The notes under the pieces were generated by a model that did not search any database, was not told the DNA's origin, and saw only the letters and a program-made list of their open reading frames with translations. A stretch of 64,000 nt of DNA, taken from assembly GCA_009914755.4 (NCBI GenBank), contig CP086569.2, forward strand, positions 20,576,001 through 20,640,000, read 5' to 3'. This document shows positions 29,633-42,790 of the stretch, in pieces. A program made the position numbers and the translations under genes. Every line of letters begins with the position of its first letter. Within the stretch, counting starts at the first letter, position 1. The stretch comes from the human T2T-CHM13v2.0 reference genome, Homo sapiens.

Positions 29633-30030
29633 CCATGTGAAAATATGTGGTGTTTAAAGCCAATAGTTGTTCACTGTATTTCAGTTATCTGCAGGCACTA
29701 TGCAGAAAATATTTAAGCTTAACATCTGTTTCTGTAACAACAGCATTAATTGTGTACTCACTTTTATCAACTTAAACATCATCCATTCCATAAATTTTCA
29801 TCAAAATACCGGTTGAAATAGCCTACTTATCTACCATACAGTTTGACAGGATTTGATTTGAATATTTTTGTCCCTTCCAAAATTCATTTTGAGACTGGAA
29901 ACTCAGTATGACAATATTAAATGGTAGATGACCAGGTTATCAAGGTGGAGCCTTCATAAAAGGCTTGTATAAGCACCCTTATACAAGGGGTGAAGGAACA
30001 ACCTAGCTAGTCCTCTTGTATGTCCTCTTG

Positions 30031-30997
30031 TGAAGGGGTGGGTTGCCCCTCCACACCTGTGGGTGTTTCTCGTTAGGTGGAACGAGAGACTTGGAAAAGA
30101 AAAAGACACAGAGACAAAGTATAGAGAAAGAAATAAGGACCCAGGGAACCAGCGTTCAGCATATGGAGGATCCCGCCAGCCTCTGAGTTCCATTAGTATT
30201 TATTGATCATTTTTGGGTGTTTCTCAGAGAGGAGGATGTGGCAGGGTCATAGGATAATAGTGGAGAGAAGGTCAGCAGATAAACACGTGAACAAAGGTCT
30301 CTGCATCATAGACAAGGTAAAGAATTAAGTGCTGTGCTTTAGATATGCATACACATAAACATCTCAATGCCTTACAGAGCAGTATTGTTGCCCGCATGTC
30401 CCACCGCCAGCCCTAAGGCAGTTTTCCCCTATCTCAGTAGATGGAACATACAATCGGGTTTTATATGGAGATATTCCATTGCCCAGGGACGGGCAGGAGA
30501 CAGATGCCTTCCTCTTGTCTCAACTGCAAAGAGGCATGCCTTCCTCTTATACTAATCCTCCTCAGCACAGACCCTTTATGGGTGTCGGGCTGGGGGATGG
30601 TCAGGTCTTTCCCTTCCCACGAGGCCATATTTCAGACTATCACATGGGGGAGAAACCTTGGACAATACCTGGCTTTCCTAGGCAGAGGTCCCTGCAGCCT
30701 TCTGCAGTGTCTGTGTCCCTGGGTACTTGAGATTAGGGAACGGTGATGACTCTTAACGAGCATGCTGCCCTCAAGCATCTGTTTAACAAAGCACATCTTG
30801 CACCGCCCTTAATCCATTTAACCCTGAGTTGACACAGCACATGTTTCAGAGAGCACGGGGTTGGGGGTAAGGTTATAGATTAACAGAATCTCAAGGCAGA
30901 AGAATTTGTCTTAGTACAGAACAAAATGGAGTCTCTTATGTCTACTTCTTTCTACACAGACACAGTAACAATCTGATCTCTCTTTCTTTTCCCCACA
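30031..30997 (-). mobile_element. Solo LTR5 of HERV-K (HML-2), about 967 bp, flanked by a 6-bp target-site duplication CTCTTG
   Basis: Reverse complement of the LTR5 consensus from ...CACCCACAGGTGTGGAGGGGCAACCCAC... (window 30031-30075) to TGTGGGGAAAAGAAAGAGAGATC (window 30975-30997). ctcttg sits at 30025-30030 and 30998-31003. No internal proviral sequence (no PBS, gag) follows. Confidence 0.8.
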
Positions 30998-31394
30998 CTC
31001 TTGCCTGTCCACGTGCCAGGTGAGGACACAGCATTCAGCGCACTGTTGTGAAAGGAGAGAGCACCGTTCACCAGACCAACAAGCTGCTGTGCTTGGACTT
31101 TCCAGTCTCAGCTGTCACTATTAAATTTATGCTGTTTATAGATGACTCTATGTAAGGCAATTTGTTATAGCAGCAGGAAGAGACTCAGGCAGATATTGGT
31201 AAGCAGAGTGGAGTGTTGCTATATGAAAATATGGAAATATCTTCAAAAGGAGTTATGGGGAAGAGGCAGGAAAAATATAAAGGAACATGTTGCAGAAAGC
31301 CTATTTTGCCATGAACAGACCATGAGGATGATTCTCATAAGGACACAAAAAAAAAAAGAGAGCTGTAGACACAGCCTCAGTCTTCTTAGACATT

Positions 31395-32830
31395 ATCTAA
31401 ATGGTTATGACCAGAAGTCTGCTAGAAATACAGCCAGTGCCAGCATCATCCTGGTACCAAATCCTGTCAGAGGTACAACAAAAAAACTTCAGGCCAACAT
31501 CCTTGATGAATATCGACACACAAATCCTCAATAAAATACTGGTAAACCAAATCCAGCAGCATACCAAAACGCTCATCCACCACTACCAAGTCAGCTTCAT
31601 TCCCAGGATCCAGGTTGATTCAACATACGCAAATCAATAGATGTAGTTCATCACTTGAACAGAACCAAAGGCAAAAAACACAGGATTACCTCGACACAGA
31701 AAAGGTCTTCAATAAAATTCAACATCCTTTCATATTAAAAACTCAATAAACTAGGTATTGAAGAAACAGACCTCAAAACAGTAAGAACCATTTAAGACAA
31801 TCCCACAGCCAGTATTATACCGTTTGAAAACCTGCACAAGGAGAGGATGCCCTCTCTCACCACTCCTATTTAACACAGTGTGGGAAGTTCTGGCCAGGGC
31901 AATCAAGCAAGAGCAACAAATGAAGGGTGTTCAAATAGTAAGAGAGGAAGTCAAATTGTCTCATAGTCTCAGCCCAAAAGCTACTTAAACTGATAAGCAA
32001 CTTCAGCAAAGTCTCAGGATACAAAATCAATGTGAAAAACACAAGCATTCCTATACATCAACAACAAGCAAGCCTAGAGTCAAATTATTAATGAACTCCT
32101 ATTAGCAAATGCTACAAAGAGAATAAAATATCCAGGAAAATGGCTAACAAGGGAAGTGAAGGACCTCTTCAGGGAGAACACAAGCCACTGCTCAAGGAAA
32201 TCAGAGGGGACAGAAACAAATGCAAAAACATTCCATGCTCATGGATTGAAGAGTCAGTATTATGATTCTTACTGGGCATACACCCCAAGGAATATAAATT
32301 ATTCTTTTATACAGATACATGCACATGTATGTTCACTGCAGCACTGTTCACAACAGCAAAGACATAGTATCAACCCAAATGCCCATAAATGATAGACTAA
32401 ATAAAATGCGGTACATATACACCGTGGAATGCTATACAGCCATAAAAAGTACAAGATCACATCCTTTATAGGGACACGGATGGACTTGGAAGCCGTTTTC
32501 CTCAGCAAACTAATGCAGGAACAGGAAACCAAACACTGCATATTCTCACAAGTGGCGGGTGAATGGTAAGAACACATGGGTGGGGACAGGGGAATAACAC
32601 ACATGGGGACCTGTCAGTGCAAGGGGTTCCGGCATCAGGGAGGGAGAGCATCAGGAGGAATTAATGCATGCAGGCCTTAATACCCAGGTGATGGAACGAT
32701 GTGTGCTGCAAACCGCCATGGCACATGTTTACCTATGTAACAAACGTGCACATCCTGTACATGTACCCCAGAACTTAAAAGTTGAAGGAAAAAAGCAAGG
32801 TTATATGCAGAGAAATAAATATTTTAAAAA
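31395..32830 (+). mobile_element. L1 ORF2 to 3' end fragment (plus), internally deleted
   Basis: ORF 31401..31640 carries ORF2 motifs ([24 protein letters not shown]...QVSFIPRIQ); L1 3' end at 32700-32830. Confidence 0.75.
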
Positions 32831-33469
32831 AAGAACACCAGTTAATAGGGTGCACAATACTTGAAATTACAAGGCAGTACAATCACATTATATTCCTCTG
32901 ATAAGAAAAAAATAATAGTTTTAAGACATACTATGCCTTTGAATATCTTAAAAAAACTGTCATTGTTTTCCAAATGCTACTACAGTCCCTCTGATGTTTT
33001 TTGATGCTTTCCCATTTTCCTAAATCCCATTTTCTTTGAGAGAAAATAGAGAGAAAAATAGTGTCTTTCATGTATATAATGGCATTAAAAGTTGATAAAA
33101 CTTAAGTACTTGCATATGTATTATTTCATCTGATTTGCCAACATTTTCCACAGCACTGTAAGCTTTTGGAGGGCAGAAATACTTTCCTATTCTTCGAGAG
33201 GCTTACAGAGAGCAGACCTCTGGCAATGCACCCTGTGAAGTAGGCAGAGTAGAATTAATTCCATTGAGTGAATCCTGTGTTACAGGGAAAACAGACACCA
33301 TTTTTCTTACTGGCTTATGAGAATCATAGCATCTGCGAGCTGAACATCATTATCTTGAGGATGAATGAAAACAGGTAGGAGAATGTTCTTGTTCTTAGGA
33401 GATAATTAAGAAGTTAGGAGTGAATTACATGGTTTTTGGAACTTCCTTACAAATGGTTCATCAAAAAAT

Positions 33470-33545
33470 GTGTGTGTGTGTTATGTGTGTGTGTTCATGC
33501 ATGTAAGAGGGAGAGAGAAAGAGAGTGAGAGAGAGAGAGAAGTGA
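33470..33545. repeat. Simple repeats (TG)n and (GA)n
   Basis: gtgtgtgtgtgttatgtgtgtgtgtt...gggagagagaaagagagtgagagagagagag. Confidence 0.85.
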
Positions 33546-35974
33546 GTCCATGGGCACAGAATATTAACTGGTACATCTATGTGAAGGACAGAGATGTTCA
33601 TTGTCCTGTTCAAATTATGAAATCTTGAAACTTTTCAAAATAAAAAACTGGGTGAAGAAAAAAATCTGATGGCATGTTAGATGAATAAAGATTATCTTAT
33701 TGGAAACTGGAGAAAGGCCATCCTGGTTAGAAAGTGGCAATGAACTTGGCAGAGTTTTGTGTCCTAGTGTTTCTGAAGGGCAGAAATGAACAGTGATGAA
33801 ACTAACACATGTGGAAGAAGTAACTAAGCAAAGGGTTAAGGGTGTGGCATGGTTCTCATGATTGCTTACAGTAAAATGTGAGGAGAAATAAATTAAAGAT
33901 CAAATTTGTAACTGAAAAAGAAGCAGAACTTAAAGATTTGGAAAGTTCTCAGCTGGGCCATGTTAAGAATGAAAAAGCGTGTTCAGGAGAAAATAGGCGT
34001 GTGTCCATGGGAACATTTTGTTAAGATTAGCAGACATAAGGGAGTCAGATGGTATTCATCCTAACAAGAATTACCATAAAATATTTTGGAGTTCTTTGAT
34101 GTCATACCCATCACAGGCCCAGAGTGTTAGTTAGGGTCTTGAAAGTTGACAGTTTTAAAGGGGAGGCCCAAAGTGCCCTTGGACGTGGGGCTCACTGCAC
34201 AGTACCACCCTAAACCTTGATTTCCGAAATTCTGGTGCAGCACTCCTTGGCTCTATTAGCTGTGGCTGAAATGGGCCCAGGTATGGCGCAGGTCCCTCCA
34301 GAAGTTTATGCTGTGTATGTTTACAACGTGAACTGTGAGCAATATATTTAAGTTTATAAATTGCCCAGTCTGATATATTTTTTTCTCACAGCAGAAGAGA
34401 CCAAGACAGCTGGCTTACCAGTGGTAAAGTTTTATTACAATTTTTTTAAACCAAGATTCAATTTTTTTCTGAATTAGAATTATCGCAGAGAACACTGAAT
34501 GGCCTATGAAATTCAATTTTTGCTGCAGATTTCGTCATGTTTCTTAATGAACATATAACTAACTTCTAATCACAAGATAAATTCTTGCCTATGTGCAAAA
34601 ACTTAGTGCTGCATCCTTGTGTATGGTTTTAAAAAGTGTCAAAACTGGCCCCTCATGTCAAATACAGCCCCAATTAGGGGAGGCAACCTAAGAAAGGTGT
34701 ACAACTGTCCTGACATTGGATTGCCTGCTTACTGTGAAGTATGTGAACAATTTGTGACTCAGAACTTTAGTGAGATTTTTATAGGCAGAAGTTCTCATCA
34801 TGCCTCATCAGAATTTTCCGTTAACAAGTGTCAGAGAATCTGTAATGGCTTGAGAATCATGACTTTCCTCCTATTTATGGAAGAGGAGAAAAAAGAAATT
34901 TCGAAGACAATTCTCAGATTTAGATAAATTATCTCAGGATTTTCTATATATTTTACCTGGTCCCTATGGTGTGGTAAGGTAAAGTACACTGTACTTGGAC
35001 AGGTGAAGCAATTTCTACTCTACTAGGTCATCACCAAGCATAGCTTTGTTACTGGGAAAGCTAATTATAGTTCCCTATGACAGTATCAAAGAAAGAAAGA
35101 GGTGAAAAGAGTAGACAATAAGGAAGGTAGGTATGATTATAGGCATGAGAAATGCTATGGGTAATAACGTGTTCTACACTGACTCAAGTCAGCAAGGAGT
35201 AGGTGGAAAAGCGAGAGATTCAATCCAGGATGACAGAATGCGTTCACCTTTAAAGGGATTAAAAGAAGTATAATACAGTCTGTATTATTAGATCACCCAG
35301 AGACACACAAAACAAGAACCGTGAATTGAATTAGTGGTATACTAATAGAGTGGTTTTACCTGAAATATTTACACATCAATCCTACTGAATTCTTACAACA
35401 AATGATTTAGATTAGCTATTGTATTCACCAGTTGAAAGAACAGAAAATATTGAGGGAGATAACTTGTGTCAGTGCAACTTAATCAGATTTAGGACACAAA
35501 AGCTACTACATAATGAAAAAGAGAGCTGGTGACTTAACTTGCTAAAACAATCTGAAAAACAAAAAAGTGAGATGAATCTGTCTACCCTGATGTAAGACTT
35601 ATTATAAAGCGACTGTAACCAAGACATTGTGATCTGGCCACAGGGGACAGACACATAGTTAAATGATGCAATGCAACAAGTTAACTCAGATATTGGCACA
35701 TGCAAGTCCAGCCAACAGATTTTCAATAAAAAGCACAAAGCAATTAAGTGTAGGACAGGTAAGTTTTCTATTGCTGGTGCTGGGTCAACTGGACATCCTT
35801 TGAGAAAACATTAACCTTGGCCTAAGTCTCATGTATGTTTTCTAAGTAAAATTTACCCTTCCCCACTGCCCCGAAAAAGACTATTAAAAATTACGTTGAC
35901 CCATGCTACTGTTGTTTCCTAACCTCAGTCCTTCACTCGTACAATTTAAGAAGTTCAAATCATATTCATAGTAT

Positions 35975-36544
35975 CCAAACATACTCATTGTTTTATTTTT
36001 AACAAAAGAAATGAAATTAAAGATAGACCACAGGTAGAGTCATGAAATTCTTGTTTTTCCCTATTCTTTTTGGTAATTACAACGTACATTGTCTTCTTTT
36101 ATAATAAGACCCAAGGGGAGAAAAGAAAAGGATGTACAATGAAGGTACAAGTTTTGAAGCACCAAAATATTTTATGACAGGGACAAAAAAACAAAAAACA
36201 AACAAAAATTGAAGTACAGAAAGAGGGTGGTGGGGGCAAAAATAAAGGTACGCACTTGGGCTTCCTCAAGATTTGTTTGTCCCTATTCAGACTAGAATGA
36301 AACTGGTTTAGGAAATCACTCCTGTATGCTAGCAGGAATGTTGCTGGCAAGACACTTCTGAGCATCGGGGTGTGGACTTTACGAACCAACCTTTTAACAG
36401 TAACTCTAGGAGAGAGGATATCAAAAATTGGCAGTGAAAAATTATAGATAGGCAAAAAGCTCCTTCTGAGGTCCAGGCCAGGAGATAGTAGGATTTAAGA
36501 AACAAACAAACAAAAACAACCACAAATGACCTTTGGTGCCACTG
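35975..36544 (-). other. KDM5D: KDM5D 3' UTR (approximate; polyA site inferred)
   Basis: Region between the stop codon (36545-36547) and the first minus-strand AATAAA. The roughly 570-nt length is consistent with the known about 5.5-kb mRNA. Confidence 0.6.
35992..35997 (-). terminator. KDM5D: Polyadenylation signal AATAAA (plus-strand tttatt)
   Basis: First AATAAA on the minus strand downstream of the KDM5D stop codon; cleavage expected about 10-30 nt further (about 35962-35982). Confidence 0.55.
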
Positions 36545-36895
36545 TCACAACTGTTGCTCATCAGAGTAGGAGAGTTGTAGCAAAGGCATTAAAGAAGGAC
36601 AAGCAGCTGAAGAGCCTGAATCCTTGTGTTGTAAGCTATTTTGGTTTCCTTTCAAGAAAGGGCTGTGGTCTGTGGAAGGTGTCAGGAACATATTTTCACG
36701 GTCTGCTTTCTCCTGATAATGTTCTTCTTCTCGGCCCACCTGAGACATAATCCCTGAGCTCCGAGCCCTTTTTGACTGAAGCTCCTGTTGAACAAGATTC
36801 TCAACGTTTCTACCCTGATCCACCTTCTGCCGCCGCCGTCGCCTCTCCAGAGCCCGGCTCCTTGTCCGACTCCCTTGATGTTCAAATTTTTCCAG
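36545..36895 (-). CDS. KDM5D: KDM5D terminal coding exon ([27 protein letters not shown]...[15 protein letters not shown])
   Basis: Acceptor ttgcag|CTGGAA (AG at 36897-36896); stop TGA at 36547-36545. Contains the basic RRRRR motif conserved with the KDM5C tail; the rest of the tail is divergent. Confidence 0.85.
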   Translation of the reverse strand: MEKFEHQGSRTRSRALERRRRRQKVDQGRNVENLVQQELQSKRARSSGIMSQVGREEEHYQEKADRENMFLTPSTDHSPFLKGNQNSLQHKDSGSSAACPSLMPLLQLSYSDEQQL

Positions 36896-36990
36896 CTGCA
36901 ATCATACCCACACAAGGCGAAAAACGTCAGTACTGGGATCCCTGCCTGCTGGACCTGATCTCCTGCCCTGCCTGTGACCCCGCTTCCTAC

Positions 36991-37190
36991 CTCCAGAAGT
37001 GTGCGAATTCTGTCCAGGTCTGGAGGCTGTCCAGCCTGCAGCAGCTGCCAGATGCTGTGGTTCTCATCCAGGGTCACCTCAAGCAGGTCCCCTTCCATCA
37101 TGAGCTCCTCCAGGGGAGCCCGGATTGCCTCAGGCAGCTCCAACACAGGGCCAGTCAACTGCGGCAACAGTGAGGACAGTAGCTCCAGGT
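36991..37190 (-). CDS. KDM5D: KDM5D exon (..[67 protein letters not shown])
   Basis: Acceptor ttccgcccag|AC (phase 1), donor GAG|gtagga; 200 nt. Near-identical to the KDM5C counterpart. Confidence 0.85.
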
Positions 37191-37343
37191 CTGGGCGGAA
37201 GGTGGTGCGGTGAAAGGTGCAGGGACAGACTGGGTTAGAGGCCACTCTTGGTCTTATCCTCCATGGCCACAACAGAGGTGACAAATACATGGGTCACTCA
37301 GTTATGTTTAGCCAACAGCCTACCCAAACCACACCTGTCTTAC

Positions 37344-37413
37344 CAGAGCCCTTTCCTGGAGCCATGTTCTCAGGACTGGTCACACTGTCTCCATTCTCCA
37401 GCAGCCCTTGGAC
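37344..37413 (-). CDS. KDM5D: KDM5D 70-nt exon ([23 protein letters not shown] + G)
   Basis: Acceptor ttctttttttccgatag|GTC, donor TCTG|gtaaga; ends in phase 1, completing GAC (D) with the next exon. Confidence 0.8.
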
Positions 37414-37696
37414 CTATCGGAAAAAAAGAATGGGTAACAATAATTGAGCTGATGAACCAGGTCCTATCTTTCCTCCCACAACTCCAAAACTTGGGAGCCT
37501 CTATCTCCTGAAGCAGAGTAGACACAGGCTTCCAACAGGGATCAGAGTTTAGGGATCTGGATAGGTATAGAATGGAGCAAAGGGACTAGGCCAAAGGAGA
37601 TTGAAAACTGGGGAACAGGGACAAGACTGGAGCTACAAGAAGGACAGGGGCTAGAAGACAGAAATATGAGGACAATGGCTGGCCTGGAAAGCTCAC

Positions 37697-38296
37697 CTTA
37701 GAAATATTGTTGCCACTGCCTTCTCTGATAGGGTCACAGGCAGTGGCTGAAGTGTAGACTGAGGCCTCCTCTGGTCTGGGTTTGGCCTGTAGCTGTTGGC
37801 GAAGCTCAGCCAGCTGTCGCAACAGAGCAGTCACATCTTCAGAGGCCAGAGCCTTTCTGGCACGGTCTTGCCAGCCAATGGCCCTCTCTGTGAGACACTG
37901 AAGGGCCTCACCCTCAGGCAGCCGCACGGGCAGCCTCTGCAGGGCAACCAGCAAGGCTAGGATTGTCTCTAGGCGTGGCCGTCGTGAGCGCATACACAGT
38001 GGACACAGGAATTTTGTGTCCCATTCCCACCAGGCTAGCAGTGGAGATGAAGTGAGACTGGGCTTTGGAGAGGTGAGGAGATGGGGCACTGACACACACT
38101 GCCCATGGAACCAGTCCTGACACAGGTCACACTGCAGAACTCCCACCCCAGCTGGCACCTGCCCACACACACAGATAGAAGTCGGAGAAGAGGCCATGAG
38201 GGATGGTGCCAGTGGACTGGGCTTGGCTGAGTTGGTGCGACGCAGCTGCAGGATACCCTCCTTCTCCTTCTGTTCCCCTTCCTTGAAGGCCACAAT
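37697..38296 (-). CDS. KDM5D: KDM5D large exon encoding the second PHD finger ([14 protein letters not shown]...[30 protein letters not shown]...[10 protein letters not shown]...EGSGNNISK)
   Basis: Acceptor ctggatatggcag|ATTGTG, donor AAG|gtgagc; 600 nt = 200 codons with no stop. PHD-type Cys/His spacing. Confidence 0.9.
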
Positions 38297-38483
38297 CTGC
38301 CATATCCAGAAGAGGGGGAAAGTAGGTCAGCAGTCCACCCTCGCCCTTGTCTGGCATCCTAATGCCCAGCTCCCAAACCAGGAGACCTGTAACAGGGCTC
38401 AGACACCCTATCATCAGCAGCTCTCCTCTTTTCAGAGAGAAACCCAGAACCCATCTTTTCCCCATCTGGGCCATGCTCCTTAC

Positions 38484-38621
38484 CACAGAGCCTGGGTCTC
38501 TGAGGTCCTGTGCAGACAGCCCCAGCAGCTCTGTGTCACACTGGTACAACCCCAGCGCCTTCTCCATCCACCGGCTACGCTTGGTGCTGTCTGAGCCAGC
38601 GTCTGCACACGGGCAAAGCAC
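38484..38621 (-). CDS. KDM5D: KDM5D exon ([46 protein letters not shown])
   Basis: Acceptor ctgcctgcctgcctcag|GTG, donor GTG|gtaagg; 138 nt. Confidence 0.9.
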
Positions 38622-38715
38622 CTGAGGCAGGCAGGCAGACATACAGGAAATGACCAGGCTTCCCTCACCAACTACACCCTCTCCTTCCTACCCAGGTGCC
38701 CACTAAAAAAATCTA

Positions 38716-38994
<279 letters not shown>

Positions 38995-39382
38995 TTATTT
39001 AAATTATGTCAACAATATTGTGTCTAAATTTGTCCTAAGTAATACTGGGTATTATACTGCATAATCCCAGGGCTGAAAATCTGGAGATGTTTTCTGCAAC
39101 AGAAAAATGTGATAGAAACTCTTTTCTCTCAGAACTCCTACTTTAATTGGCTCAGACCAAAAATTCCACATATGCAAGTTACTCTGTTGTAACCTGCTTC
39201 CTCTGTACACTTCTATATATCAATAGTCTCTGCTTAGGTATACACCCATATTCATGCTTCTCTTCCCTTGGTTCCTATTCTGACACGCTCAGGTACCTCA
39301 AGGAATCCTCCAACTTCCCACCTTCACTTTCTAGCACAACCCAACCGAGTAAAAACTATAAAGTATATCTATCTCTCTTCTA

Positions 39383-39589
<207 letters not shown>

Positions 39590-40000
39590 CTATCATTACA
39601 TGTTACAGGTATACATGCCCCTTTTCTAAGTCCTAGGTTTCCTTGCTAAAAACATAAGCAATAAAAAGTGTTGCATGACAAAGTAAGGAAGCCACACTGA
39701 GGAACTCTCTAACATTGCAGGGGGCTATATAGATCTCTTGTAAGTCACATGCTGCATCCATTCACCTGAGAACTAAGTCATCCAAGAACATTTCCCCAAT
39801 TGTTGCCTTTACAACAGTGAAACATCAACATGACATGTCATATAGATGGGAGTACATGATATGTCATGCCAATCCTTTAGAGTTTAGTAGATGCCCAACT
39901 GGGAGTCTGTTGCCCAAGGGTCACCATAGAAATACTTAGGGTCACCCCAAAACTTTGAGGATTATAGTCAAGATACAGACAGGGAGAGACTACGCCCCAC

Positions 40001-40359
40001 CTGGCCTCCAGGCAGAAATGAGCCTTTTCTTCCCAGCGCTCTGCAATGGTCAGTAGTTCTTGCAGCTCAGCCCGGGCCTTGTCCACAGAAGGGCTGGAGG
40101 CTATCTTGGCACCCATAACCAAAAGCCCCTGCATGATGACCAGAGAGCCCCTGTGAGCAGAAGGGGCCAGGGCCTGCTTCACTTCATCTAGCCATTGCGC
40201 CTGCTCCACCTGCTGCTGAAGCTGATGGGCTTCAGGCACCTCTACACCCAGCTGCTGCCCCCTCTCCAACAGGGACCGCAATAGCCCTGGACTAGAGGGC
40301 AGTGTGGCCAGAGCCTCACGAGCCTCAGCTTGATAGGCCTCCACCTGTTCCAGGACATC
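40001..40359 (-). CDS. KDM5D: KDM5D exon ([119 protein letters not shown]+R)
   Basis: Acceptor tccttgcag|GATGTC, donor GCCAG|gtgggg; 359 nt. Encodes the HLA-B7 H-Y epitope [11 protein letters not shown] at 40063-40095. Confidence 0.9.
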
Positions 40360-40925
40360 CTGCAAGGACATAGGATAAAATGCAGATTCTTTAGCCACAT
40401 AAATACTCAACCACCTAGATTTGCTCCACTTCTCATCTTCTCTTATAGGCATTTCCTATTGCTTAATACTTATTCTCAACCACATCCTAAAACATGATCT
40501 ATCTGATAATAACAAAGGCCCTCTGTTTACCTAGAATGACATTTTTCTCCTTTAATTACCTAAATTTCTTTTTCCAAACCCACTTTAATACAATCTTATC
40601 CATCTAGTAAGCTTTCTAAGACTCTGGTGTCTGGAGGGAAATCAACCAACCAACCAATCAGTCCTCTCCACCCCATTCCCAAGAGCCAGTGTCTTATGTA
40701 GGCCCAGTTTAGAGTTTTTAATTATTTCAGTCTGGAAGGATATTTCCTTGCATGCTGTACACACAGAGATGGTATGGGAACACATATCTCCGCCACTTCC
40801 AGGAAAGAACCTGTTATTATGAGAAGGTTGTTTAGAATAATTAGGTTCTCAAGTTTTCCTGACATGTCAGACTTCCTGAGTATTTGCTGTTAACAAGAAT
40901 TCCACCTTTCCAGGCCCCTCCTTAC

Positions 40926-41022
40926 CTTGACATCCCCAATCTGATGCATGGCACAGGGCAGGCTGCCCATCTGCTCAAGAAGGACCCGGAGTTCAGTCAA
41001 GGTCAGCTGTGGAGTGTCCATC
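40926..41022 (-). CDS. KDM5D: KDM5D exon ([33 protein letters not shown])
   Basis: Acceptor ggctcctatag|G (phase 2), donor AAG|gtaagg; 97 nt. Hand-translated because it is shorter than the ORF-track cut-off. Three residues shorter than the KDM5C counterpart as I remember it. Confidence 0.7.
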
Positions 41023-41949
41023 CTATAGGAGCCAGAAGGAACACCTCGTAATGTCACATTTCAAACAATTTGAGACTTTTAATATACTTCCTTCCCTTTC
41101 ATATTTCAGTAATACCCACAAAGGTTTTTTTCTAAGTTCAGCGATACTGACAAGTTAAGATTTGAAAAAACACCCGTAGGCGTTTGACAGCAGTTAATAG
41201 AGACTACAGATATCAAAGTCAGAGAGTCCAGCTTCCTGAGAAAACGTTAACAGTATTAATCTGCTACCACTATGGCTACTAATACCATGCCACCACGGTA
41301 CTACCTGGCTAGTACCATTCCACAGAAGAACAGAAATAAATACAAATAGGTGGGGCAAGAGAAAAGAAACATGTGAAAAGGCCCCTGGATGGTTTAAGTT
41401 ATATTTTCATCAGTCATCCAGTTAAGAGTTAAAGAATGAGGAAGAGATGTAAAAACAGCCATTAGGATTCAGAAGTAGTAGCTTTCACAGTGAGACAAAA
41501 CATCTATTAAGCCAGAAACTGAAGTACAAATGCAATGGGAGGATTACGAAGAAAGGAGGGCTAAGTGATGATAAGTATGGTCAGAATAATAAATTTATTC
41601 TAGACAAGAAATGAGAGTTCATTATGTCAGAAGCAAAATAGTACTACAGGATGACAACTTCTGAGATTTACTCTTTGGTTCCAACTGCCTACAAGACAAA
41701 GAAAACTGAAGAGGCCAGGAAGTTAAATGCATGAGGAAAACTTGAGGCAGATTAAAATGGAAATGCAGGGCATGTTATTTGGGTATCATGGGTTCAATCT
41801 GGAAAAGCCTTATTTCTCCTGAACCACAGTAGGGAAAGGAGTTATCCAGAAAAGTGAAATTTATTCTAAAATTTTAAGTTTCCATGTTTTAAAGAGAGGC
41901 AGCAATGAGAAAAAAGGTTAAGAACAAGTAGGAAATACTGAAATAATGG

Positions 41950-42340
<391 letters not shown>

Positions 42341-42692
42341 CTAGGTGGCACAGAAAAGCCAAAAAGGCAATCTAGCATCTCAATTATAGCTCAGGCTAAT
42401 AATTATGTGATGGACTATTTAAAAAGCTTCCTTATCAGTTTATTTAATTTAAATCAGACCATGCCACATCCTGTGGGACCCATCCTCCAAATAGGCCCAA
42501 AATAATAAATTTCAAATATCCATTCTGCTATGTACTTCTCCACTTCAAAATCTTTCTATGTTTTCTTAAAGTTTTTTGAAAAAATTACTTATATTCTCAA
42601 GTAGAAACTGGTTCAAATGTATACCCTTGCTTTAGAGTCTTGATACCTTTATTCTGACCCTTAAACCTAATGACAAAAAAATCCCTTCTTTA

Positions 42693-42790
42693 TCTAAAAT
42701 TCCTTCCTACTAACACAGCTTTATTTTTTTTAAATAGAGTAGTTTATCTAAAATTCCTTCCTACTAACACAGCTTTATTATTTTTTATAT
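42693..42790. repeat. Tandem duplication of about 52 bp (2 copies)
   Basis: atctaaaattccttcctactaacacagctttatt occurs twice, at 42693-42726 and 42745-42778. Confidence 0.8.

Noticed and set aside
30367-30746. Overlapping plus-strand ORFs (62-101 aa) at 30.3-30.7 kb.
   Set aside because: They lie inside the HERV-K LTR5. LTRs are non-coding and these are chance ORFs.
37586-38293. The ORF track shows an M at the start of the PHD2 exon, and also at 36901 and 38943.
   Set aside because: The track counts GTG and TTG as starts. These are internal exons entered through AG acceptors, not translation initiation sites.
36772-38625. Plus-strand ORFs (79-133 aa) overlapping the KDM5D exons.
   Set aside because: They are antisense and stop-free by chance in GC-rich coding sequence. 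The minus-strand frame has clear KDM5-family homology and consistent splice phases.
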